A stretch of DNA of 64,000 nt from an uncultured Gemmatimonadales bacterium (GTDB lineage: Bacteria; Gemmatimonadota; Gemmatimonadetes; Gemmatimonadales; Gemmatimonadaceae), in assembly GCA_963793305.1 (NCBI GenBank), contig CAWBZV010000004.1, forward strand, positions 96,001-160,000, written 5' to 3'. The notes under the pieces were generated by a model. That model was not told the DNA's origin. It worked only from the letters and a program-made list of their open reading frames with translations, and searched no databases. The first letter of the stretch is position 1, and every line of letters begins with the position of its first letter. A program made the translations under genes and the position numbers. Of this stretch, positions 50,657-60,049 are shown one piece after another.

Positions 50657-52234
50657 ATGAACGAACGTCGACGTCCCCATCGTCGCGGCCGTGGGCCTCG
50701 CCCGTACGGCCGTCAGCAACAAGAGGGCGAACCCAATCCCTATCGTGACGCTCCCGATGAAGGGACGAGCCCCGATACAGTTGCTGCAACGGGTGTGAGC
50801 CAACCACCCGATTCCGATCCGTCCCCAAGCGCGAACGAATCCCCGCCGGCGCCCCGAGAGGCTGCCGATGATGCGACGGGATTCGTGTCAGGGCCCGCCG
50901 AGGCGGCCCCCGCTCCCGGACCTTCTACTTCCGAGCCCTCACAGGGCCGGCCTGACGGTGGCTACCAGAGTCACCCCCAGCGCAACCAACACAACAATCA
51001 CCAGCACAATGGCCGCCGCCAGCAGCAGCAGCAGCAAGGTGGCGGACGTGGCCGGCGCAATCGCGGACCGCGGCGCGAGCACGTCGTTCCGCAGGGTCCG
51101 CCGGTGCCGATTACGCCTGACGGCGAGACCGTCGGCTGGTTCGATTCCTCGCGTGACGGTGGCTACATACGACGCGCGGCAAATAGCTATCTGGCCGATA
51201 GCGGCGACGCGTTCGTGCCGACGCACTTGGTGCGGCAGTATGCGCTCCGGCGCGGCGACGCAGTGGTCGGTACGGTTGGCCGCGATCAACGCGGCCGCGT
51301 CACTCTGGTCGAGGCGACCCGTATCAACGATTCCGATCCCGCACTGATGCTGCGGCGGCCGGATTTCAGCTCGCTCACGGCCGAGTACCCGGACCGGAAG
51401 ATGTTTCTCGAGACTGGCCGGCCGGCCAAGGGCGGACCGGAGCTCACCCGGCGAGCGCTCGATCTCATCGCGCCGGTCGGCTATGGCCAACGGGCGTTGA
51501 TCGTCGCGCCGGCGCGAGCCGGCAAGACCATGCTCCTCCAGGCGGTCACGGAGGGCGTGGCGCTCAACCATCCGAACGCCGTGCTGCTCGTGCTGCTCGT
51601 CGACGAGCGGCCCGAGGAAGTGAGCGAGATGATCACGTGGGGCTACGGCGAGGTCGTGGCGTCGAGCTTCGACATGCCGGCCGAGCGCCATGTTGATGTC
51701 GCTGACATGGTCCTGGAAAGAGCCCGGCGGCTCGTCGAGATGGGCAAGGATGTCGTGATCGTGTTGGATTCGATTACACGACTGGCCCGGGCCCATAACA
51801 CCGTCGAGCGGGGGACTGGACGAACCTTGTCGGGTGGTCTCGACGCGACCGCCATGGCGAAACCCAAGGCGTTCTTCGGCTCGGCCCGAGCAGTGGCGGC
51901 AAACGTCGGCGGCGGGTCGCTCACGATTATCGCCACCGCGCTCGTCGAGACCGGCTCGCGGATGGACGACGTGATCTTCGAAGAGTTCAAGGGCACCGGC
52001 AACTCGGAGATCAAGCTGGACCGGTCACTGTCCGAGAAGCGCATTTTCCCGGCCTTCGACATCGCGACCAGCGGGACCCGGCGCGAGGAAAAGCTGTTCC
52101 GGCCCGATCAGCTGGACAGCGTCTATACGCTGCGGCGCGGGCTCCAGCAGATGCCCCCCCAGTCGGCAATGGAATGGCTGATCAAGCGGATCGCCGCGAC
52201 GACAAATAACGACGCCCTGCTAACGGGACTATAG
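50657..52234 (+). CDS. rho: Transcription termination factor Rho with disordered N-terminus
   Basis: GYGQRALIVAPARAGKT, LLVDERPEEV, LDSITRLARA, FEEFKGTGNSE and SGTRREE. Confidence 0.95.
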   Translation: MNERRRPHRRGRGPRPYGRQQQEGEPNPYRDAPDEGTSPDTVAATGVSQPPDSDPSPSANESPPAPREAADDATGFVSGPAEAAPAPGPSTSEPSQGRPDGGYQSHPQRNQHNNHQHNGRRQQQQQQGGGRGRRNRGPRREHVVPQGPPVPITPDGETVGWFDSSRDGGYIRRAANSYLADSGDAFVPTHLVRQYALRRGDAVVGTVGRDQRGRVTLVEATRINDSDPALMLRRPDFSSLTAEYPDRKMFLETGRPAKGGPELTRRALDLIAPVGYGQRALIVAPARAGKTMLLQAVTEGVALNHPNAVLLVLLVDERPEEVSEMITWGYGEVVASSFDMPAERHVDVADMVLERARRLVEMGKDVVIVLDSITRLARAHNTVERGTGRTLSGGLDATAMAKPKAFFGSARAVAANVGGGSLTIIATALVETGSRMDDVIFEEFKGTGNSEIKLDRSLSEKRIFPAFDIATSGTRREEKLFRPDQLDSVYTLRRGLQQMPPQSAMEWLIKRIAATTNNDALLTGL

Positions 52235-52249
52235 ACGATCAGTCGGGAA

Positions 52250-52334
52250 CGCCCGGGCGAGCCGCAGGCGAGCAGGTCAACCGACCAGTCGAGCGGCGCA
52301 ACGCGACGCATCGACGTGCCGCGGAGCGGCACGT
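52250..52334 (+). repeat. AACCGACCAG multi-hairpin element, copy E
   Basis: GCGAGCC-GCA-GGCGAGC, GTCAACCGACCA, GTCGA-GC...GC-A-TCGAC, GTGCCGC-GGA-GCGGCAC. Confidence 0.8.
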
Positions 52335-52372
52335 AGCGGCGGGACCGGCCCACGCCTTGCTAATTTGCCGGC

Positions 52373-54712
52373 GTGATCCGTGTCAGGGGCGTAGCGTTTG
52401 CATTGGTATTGGGTACCGCGGCGGCCGCGCAGCCGCCGCGGACGCTTACGCGTCGTGATCGCCCCGAGGTCACCAGCGTCAAAATCGTTGGCCTGAATCA
52501 CCTCGACGCCGGCGCGCTCGCCGACGGCCTCGTCACGCACGCCTCGCACTGCAAGAATCTGCTGCTCGACCCATTCTGCCTGGTCTGGAAGACGCCGCTG
52601 TTCTACGAGCACGACTACCTCGACCGTACCGAGCTCAAACGCGATGTCCTCCGGACGCTGATCTTCTTGTATCGCCACGGCTATCACGACGCGATTGTCG
52701 ATACCGTTCTGACGCCGCCGGCGGGTCTCACCGTCGCGGTCACATTCAAGGTGATCGAGGGCCCGCCGACGATTCTCACGGCGGTCGAGATCGACACGCC
52801 ACCGCACCTGTTGTCGAAAAAGGAGCTCGGTCCCGACGTTGTCCCGCTCCACATCGGCCAGCCGTTCGATCTCTTTCAGCTCGACTCGGCCATCAACGAT
52901 ATCCAAAGCGCGCTCTGGACGCGGGGATACGCCGATGCGCGCGTAGACACCTCGACCGTGATGTCGCAGGGCGACAGCGGCAAGCCCCACGTCGCGCTGC
53001 GCATGAAAGTCGTGCAGGGCCGGATCAATACGGTGGGCACCATCGCGATTGCCGGCGAAAAGAAAGTCTCGGAGTCGGTCATTCGCCGATCCCTCGGATT
53101 CCACGAAGGCCAGATCTACAAGCGCGGCCAAAGCTCGGCCAATCAGCGCACCCTGTACCAGTCCGGCATGTTCCGAAAGGCCGTGATCACGGCGCCCAAA
53201 GACACGATGCCCGGCCGTGACAGCGTGCGCGACGTGCAGGTCGAGGTCAACGAAGCGCCGCTGCACGATTTCCAAGGACAGTTTGGGTTCAACACCGTCG
53301 AATTCGTGCAAGTCTCCGGCCGTCTCACGACCTACAATTTTCTGGGCGGCGGGCGACAGCTCATCGTGTCGGGCGGGCTCGCCAACCTGTTCGCCCCGGC
53401 ACTCAACGGCCAGCTCTTCTTCACTGACGTCATCCGCCAGTCGGGCGCCGGCAATTTCGGGCTCGACACGAGGCCGTACCTCCAACCGACGTGGCAGATC
53501 GGCGTCGACCTCGTGCAGCCGTGGTTTCTGACGACCGATAATTCCTTGGGCGCCGGCGTGTTCGCGCACCGCCGGAGCGCGCCGGGGGTGTACGTGGACT
53601 ACGGCTACGGCGGGAACGCGACCTTCACGCGCCACGTGTTGGACCGCGGCGATCTCAGCCTCCGCTACCAGTTCGAGGAGACGCGCACGGATGCCGATGA
53701 GGTCTACTTCTGCGTCAACTTCGGTATCTGCGACCAACCCACCCTCGCGACGTTCAATGAGCGATGGCAAAAGCTGTCGCCCGTCTCTCTCGGCCTGAAC
53801 ATTGATCACTCGAACAACCAGTTCTATCCGACCGGATATCCAACCGGCGGCTTCACCATCAAGAGCGAGCTCCAGGACGCGTCGTCGTTCACGGGGTCCG
53901 ACTGGCGGTACGACCGGGCGGCCCTCGACGCGGCGTGGTATCACGCCCTCGGACTCCATCACGCCGTGCTGGCGCTCCATGCGCACGCCGGCTGGGTGCG
54001 GCCGCAGAGCACCACGGGCAAAGCCCTCGGCGAGGACAGCAACGCGGAGCTGCTCAATCCGCGCGTGCGTTTCTACGCGGGCGGCGCGAACTCCGTGCGC
54101 GGATTCGGCGAGAACCTGCTCGGGCCGCGCATCCTGACCATCCCGCCGGACTCGCTGCGCTACAAGACGGTGCAGTTCAGCCCGCACATCACAAAGCTCT
54201 TCGTCTTCTGCAAGCCGTCGATCGCAATCCAAAGCTGTCCGCTGGATCCCGCGCCGATTCCCTTCCCGGAGGGGAACGGAAAACACGGCAACGCGGTCTT
54301 AAGTGACCAGGAGTTCACCGTCCGGCCGCTCGGCGGCAACCAGATCATCGAGGGGAGCGTCGAGTACCGGTTTCCGCTCGTCGGTGCGCTCGGCGCCGCG
54401 ACATTCGTCGACGGCGCGCTCGTCGGCGCCGGTACCGGGAACCAGCTCGAGCCCATACACGCGTCGGGCGCGGTCACGCCCGGTATCGGCGTTCGCTACT
54501 ATTCATTGGTCGGCGCGATTCGCATCGACCTGGGGCTCGACCCGATCACCACCGAGGAGCTCGTGGTCCTGACGCAAACCGGCGTCGGGCCGACCGCGCA
54601 CCTGGTCGAAGTCGGCGGGCGCCGGACCTATGCGCCAGCGCTTACCGAAGCCGGGTTCAACGGGTTCTTCAATCGCGTGACCCTGCACCTTTCGATCGGG
54701 CAGGCCTTCTGA
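52373..54712 (+). CDS. tamA: Omp85 family (TamA/BamA-like) outer membrane protein
   Basis: Signal peptide, POTRA repeats (GY..A.V), FYAGGANSVRGF and C-terminal LSIGQAF; directly upstream of TamB. Confidence 0.85.
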   Translation: MIRVRGVAFALVLGTAAAAQPPRTLTRRDRPEVTSVKIVGLNHLDAGALADGLVTHASHCKNLLLDPFCLVWKTPLFYEHDYLDRTELKRDVLRTLIFLYRHGYHDAIVDTVLTPPAGLTVAVTFKVIEGPPTILTAVEIDTPPHLLSKKELGPDVVPLHIGQPFDLFQLDSAINDIQSALWTRGYADARVDTSTVMSQGDSGKPHVALRMKVVQGRINTVGTIAIAGEKKVSESVIRRSLGFHEGQIYKRGQSSANQRTLYQSGMFRKAVITAPKDTMPGRDSVRDVQVEVNEAPLHDFQGQFGFNTVEFVQVSGRLTTYNFLGGGRQLIVSGGLANLFAPALNGQLFFTDVIRQSGAGNFGLDTRPYLQPTWQIGVDLVQPWFLTTDNSLGAGVFAHRRSAPGVYVDYGYGGNATFTRHVLDRGDLSLRYQFEETRTDADEVYFCVNFGICDQPTLATFNERWQKLSPVSLGLNIDHSNNQFYPTGYPTGGFTIKSELQDASSFTGSDWRYDRAALDAAWYHALGLHHAVLALHAHAGWVRPQSTTGKALGEDSNAELLNPRVRFYAGGANSVRGFGENLLGPRILTIPPDSLRYKTVQFSPHITKLFVFCKPSIAIQSCPLDPAPIPFPEGNGKHGNAVLSDQEFTVRPLGGNQIIEGSVEYRFPLVGALGAATFVDGALVGAGTGNQLEPIHASGAVTPGIGVRYYSLVGAIRIDLGLDPITTEELVVLTQTGVGPTAHLVEVGGRRTYAPALTEAGFNGFFNRVTLHLSIGQAF

Positions 54713-57700
54713 TGCGCGTGTTCCGCTGGGGTCTCATTGCCATCGCGTTGTTGCTCTCGGCCGCCGTCGCGGCAGCGATGATCGCGACCCAGACGGACTT
54801 CGGGCGCGATCTCGTCAAGCGGATCGCGCTCAATGCCGCGAGCAAAGCCATTCATGGGCGCGTGCAGCTCGGGCACCTGAGCGGCGATCTCCTGAGTCAC
54901 GCGACGATCGACACGCTCGTCATCACCGACTCGACCGGCGCGCCCTTCGTGAGCGCACGGCGCGTCTCGGTGCACTACGGCATCCCCAACCTGCTCAAAA
55001 AGCGACTCTGGCTGCGGAACGTCGAGCTCGACGACCCGGTCATTGTGCTCGACCAATCAGCCAACGGCGCCTGGAACTTCTCTCGAATCTTTCCCTCATC
55101 ACATACGGCGAAAGACACGAGCACGCGCGGGTTCGGCGACTGGGTCCAGATTCGGGGTCTGCGCATCGTGAACGGCCGCGTCATCGTTCGGCAACCACGC
55201 AAGAGCGACAATCCGCGACTCGTCATTTTGGGGAATCAACAGATCACCGAGGTCGATCGGCTCAACGCCGAGTTGCCTTTGGTCCGCATCGCCGACCCGG
55301 CGCAGAAATCGAAATTGGCGCAGATCGCGTCGCTCAATGCCGACCTGGCGTTGTTCAAGCCACCCCTCGCGCGAATCGACAACCTCGCCGCTACGATCCA
55401 GATCGACAGCGACTCGCTATGGCTGCACGGCGCCCGGTTGGCGATGCCCGGGTCCAGCGTGCAGGACATCAGCACGCGATACGGCCTCGAGACCGGCGAC
55501 CTCGCGCTCGACCTTCGCGCCGCACCAGTGGCTTTGAATGCGCTTCGATTTGCCTACCCGCCACTGCCGACCGAGGGGACGCTCGCGGCAGGCGTCGACG
55601 TCCGGTGGCGCGGCAAGGCCCAGGATTACGCTGTGCGCGACCTGGACGTCCGATCGGGATCTGCCCACGCGGTGGGTCACGCACAGGCGCACATGGGCGA
55701 CTCGATAGCGGTCCATGACACCCACATCGTGTTCGGCGGTGTCGACACGCGCCTCATCGAGCGCGTCGTCCCCGGCACGCATCTGCCACATCAAGGCATC
55801 GCATCAGGGAGCTTCACCGTCGACGGCAGCGTGCGCGACGCGAAGCTGGACGCCGACCTCGGGTTCGACGATACCGAGTCCGGCATGAGCCACCTGAACG
55901 CCGTCGGCACGATCGGCATGGACAGCTCGGCCCACGGTCGGGTGCTTCACGCGCGCCATCTCGCGCTCACGCTCGACCAGGTACAGGTCGAGCTCGCGCA
56001 GACGTTCGTGAAGAACCTGCCGGTCGGCGGCGCCATCTCGGGCCACATGGACCTCGACGGCGCGACGAACACGGCGATCGTTGCCGACGCCGACCTCACG
56101 CACGTCTACCGCGGGCAAACATTGCACGTGACCGCCACGGCGAACGCGCAATTCGCGGGGCGGCCACGGACGCATCCCTGGCTCGACATCGACGCGACGC
56201 TCAATCCCTTCTCGCTCGTCACGGCGGGACGATTCGTGCCGGCCGCCGGGCTGCAAGGGTCGGTCTCGGGCACGACGCGCGTGACGGGTGACATGGGTGA
56301 CCTCACCGTGCACTCGCACCTCGTCGCCTCCGGTCCGACGCTCAGGCCGCCCGCGCCGCTGATCACGCAACCCATCGCGCCACTCGACACGTTGCCCGCC
56401 CCGGTGCTTCGCACCGAGCGCGCACCAGGCATGACAGCCGCGACTGACTCCGCACGCCACGGTCCGGGCACGACCCTGGCTCAAGCCGTCGCCAACGGGG
56501 AGGTCAGCGAGACCGAGGTGCACCAGGGTCAGCTCGCACCACCCGGGCAGCGCCAGTTCGAACCATTCTCGGCAGCTTCCGTCCACGCAGTTATCGTCGG
56601 ACCAAAACAGTACGCGGTCGCCGCAGGCGCTGCGCTATTCGCTCTACCCGGGGACGCTCGGCGCGAGCCATCCGGATACCGAGGTGGCCGTAGGCGATAC
56701 CGCCGGCCTGATCGCGGTCGATGGCCACGTCGACATGGCGTCGAAAGAACGCACGTACGACCTCATCGCCCGAGCGTATTTGTTCAACGCCAACGCCGTA
56801 ACGACAAAGGCCCCGCCGACGGCGATCACCGCGACGGCGGCGGTGAAAGGCCACGGCACGGACCTGGCGACGATGCAAGCAACCGTCGCCGCGAATCTCG
56901 CTGCTTCGGCGATCGATAGCGTAACCGTAGACTCACTCGTCCTGCGCGGCGCCATCGACAAGGGTGTCGCCCGCGTCGACACCGCGCACGTGAGACTCCG
57001 CGCGGCCTCCGCCGATGTCACCGGCACACTCGGCGTCACCGCCAAGTCGACGGGCCACCTGACGTACGAGATGACGCTAGACTCCCTGTCCGCGCTGCGA
57101 CGGTTCCTTCCGTCAGACACGGGGTCATTCCGCCCCGGCCCGGGCAGACTCGCCCAGGCCTACGCGCGCACCCAGGGTGATACCGGAACCGGCGAGCTGA
57201 CGCCAGAGCGACAGCTGGCCATGGACACGGCTGCCATGCGTCGCGACCTGCTGTCGGGCTGGGCCCACGCCGCGGGTCAAATCGACGGCTCGATCCAAAA
57301 GTTCGACGTCCGCGGCCGACTCGGCGCGTCCAACGTGATAGCGCACGGCAACTCCATACGACGACTCCGCGCCGACTATGCCTGGCTCGGCGCCCCCAAC
57401 ATCGCGGCGCCGCTCATCCTCGCGGCCCAACTCGACACGGTCAGCGTCGGCACGTTCGAGCTCGACAGCATCGACGCCCGCGTCGTCTATCACAAGCCCG
57501 AAGGTTCGGTGCTCTTCCTCGTGCGCCAGCGCGGAATCCCGGAGCAACCCGGCGGCCCGCCGACGCACGACCAGGAGTACGCCGCGAACCTGGATTTCGC
57601 GTTCCGCCCGGAGGAACGACGCCTCCGATTCGACGCCATGTCACTCACGTTCGACACCACGACGTGGACCGCGCCAGGTGCGCCGGCGCCACCGGCCGTC

Positions 57701-59680
57701 GTCGAGTGGGGTGAACAAGGCGTCTCGGTCCGCGATCTCAATCTGTCGAACCGCTACGGCGGTATCATCGCCGTTCGCGCGACCGTCCCCAAATCCGGCC
57801 CGCTCTCGGCCCATGCCGATATCCAGCACCTGAACCTGGGGGAGCTGATCGCGCTCTTCGAGAGCAAGCTCCTCATGCGCGGCGAGCTCTCGACCACGAT
57901 CGATGCGAGCGGCACCACGCACAGGCCACAAGTGACCGGCAGCCTGGCATTCATCAATGGCACCTACAACGGCGTGCCAGTGCCGGATCTCCGCACACGC
58001 TTCCAGTACGATACCACCCTCCTCTCGGCACACGCCGAGCTGGCGACCAACATCGGACCATCACCAGGCCGGGTGTTCATGGTCGCCGACGGGCACGTGC
58101 CGATCGATCTCGCCCTCGACCACGACACGACCTCGCGTATCCCATCCGACGGGCCGCTCGCGCTCACGGTCAAAGCGGACAGCATGCCGCTCGAGCTCCT
58201 CCCGGATCTGGTCACGAGCGTACAGGACGTCCATGGTCTCGCGATAGCGGATCTCACCATGAGCGGCACGCTCAACAAGCCGGTCGCGAACGGCCGGATC
58301 TCGCTCGCGCGCGGCACCTTGCTCCTCCCGGTGATCAACATCCGGCTGACCGACATGGCTGGCGCGATCCGCGTGGCGCACGATTCGCTCACCATTGATT
58401 CGCTGGTGGCGACGAGCCAGGGCAAGATGAAAGTGCAGGGGATGGTCGACCTGACCGATCCCGAGGCGCTGCCGGTCGACATCAGCATTACCGGCAACGA
58501 TCTGCGCATCATGAACACCAAGGAGTACGGCTGGGCGGTCATCGACGACTCGCTCACGCTCGGCGGCTCGCTCCGCGCCCTGAGCCTCTCCAAACCCACC
58601 GCGCGCCTCGTCCTCGGCGGAAAGGTCGACTTGACCGACGGCGTGTTCTACGCCCCCGAAGCCGGCGCGCCGACGCCGATCGATCTCGGCGATCCGACGG
58701 TCTACAAGATCGCCGACACGACGGACCAGGCCACGAAGAATCTCATCCCCAGGCCGAACACGCTGACGCAGCGCATCCTGGCCGATGTCGATGTGAGCGT
58801 CGAGCCACAGGTGTGGGTGCGCAACAAGGAAGCCAACGTCGAGATCTATACCGACGGCCCGCTCACGCTGCACGTCGACTCGCGGCGCAATCGCCTCGTG
58901 CTCGACGGCGTGGCGGCGACCGAGCGCGGGCAGTACACGTACTTCAGCAAGCGCTTCCAGATCACCAAGGGGACGGCGACGTTCATCGGCACGCCCGACT
59001 TGAATCCCACGGTACAGGCGACCGCGGTCTATCCCGTCAGCGTGCCCGGGCGCGAGCCGGTCAACATTCAGATCAACATCGGCGGCACGGCGAAGACACC
59101 GACCGTCGCCTTGACCAGCGACGCGCAGCCGCCCCTCTCGCAGTCCGACCTCATCTCCTACCTGGCGTTCGGCTCATTGACCGCATCACTGCTCCCGTCG
59201 AGCACCGCCGGCGGCGGCGGCACCGGCGCGGGCGCGAGCGGCCTCCCGATCGGCGAAGCCGCGGCTTACGTCCAGCAGCAGCTCGCCAGCGTGGCGATCG
59301 GCACGTTCACCGAATCCTTGCAGGGCGACATTGCGCGCACGCTCGACGCCGACGTCTTCAACATCACGAACAACTCGAACACGCCGATCCAGTTCTCGCA
59401 GGCCGGCGCGCAAGACTTCCTCGCGTCGACCCGCATCGAGTTCGGGAAGTACTGGGACCCGCAGACCTACTTCGCGATCCAAGCCTCCCCACTCTCCTGG
59501 AACATCAGCCCGCCCGGCGCGCTCGTGCAGCGCCGCTTCGGACAGCGGACCTCGATTCTGGCGACGTTCCAGCCGTACTTCTTGCTGCAGCAGCCGACGT
59601 TGACACCGCTGTCCACGACGAGCGGCATCACCCCGACCCCGGTCTTCGGGCTGTTCCTGCTCCGCGACTGGCGCTGGTAA
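54712..59680 (+). CDS. tamB: TamB translocation/assembly module protein (frameshift near 56650)
   Basis: N-terminal TM plus AsmA-like region in ORF 54712-56919; DUF490-type end (GTATFIG...NP, LTSDAQPPLSQSDLISYLAFG) in ORF 56684-59680. Confidence 0.85.
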
Positions 59681-59686
59681 AGTATA

Positions 59687-59701
59687 CCTAGCTAGCTTAG
59701 G
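59687..59701. promoter_or_regulatory. Putative PadR operator
   Basis: CCTA-GCTAGCT-TAGG dyad immediately before the padR ATG. Confidence 0.5.
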
Positions 59702-59705
59702 AAGC

Positions 59706-60044
59706 ATGGGCGCGCGTAAAAATGACGTGCTGCAAGGCACGCTGGCCTTGCTGGTCCTCCGCACGCTGGCCTCGGGGAAGCCGATGCACGGCTACGCGAT
59801 CACCGCGCACATCCAACGCCGTTCCGATCAGTTGCTGCGCGTCGAGGAAGGCTCGCTGTACCCGGCGCTGCACCGCATGGAGCAAGAGGGTTGGGTCCAA
59901 GCGGAATGGGGAACGACCGACAAGAACCGCGAGGCGCGGTTTTACACGCTGACGGCCAAGGGTCGTGGCCAGCTCGCCGCGGAGCGGGAGAGCTGGAATC
60001 GGCTGACGACTGGCGTCGCTCGCGTATTGCGTGGGATGGCGTAA
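59706..60044 (+). CDS. PadR family transcriptional regulator
   Basis: LQGTLALLVL, MHGYAI, EEGSLYPALHR and NREARFYTLT. Confidence 0.95.
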   Translation: MGARKNDVLQGTLALLVLRTLASGKPMHGYAITAHIQRRSDQLLRVEEGSLYPALHRMEQEGWVQAEWGTTDKNREARFYTLTAKGRGQLAAERESWNRLTTGVARVLRGMA

Positions 60045-60049
60045 GGCGT

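Noticed and set aside
4901..52334. Dispersed repeat read as a CRISPR array or attC array
   Set aside because: The copies are about 8-21 kb apart, with no spacers, no cas genes and no properly spaced GTTRRRY box.
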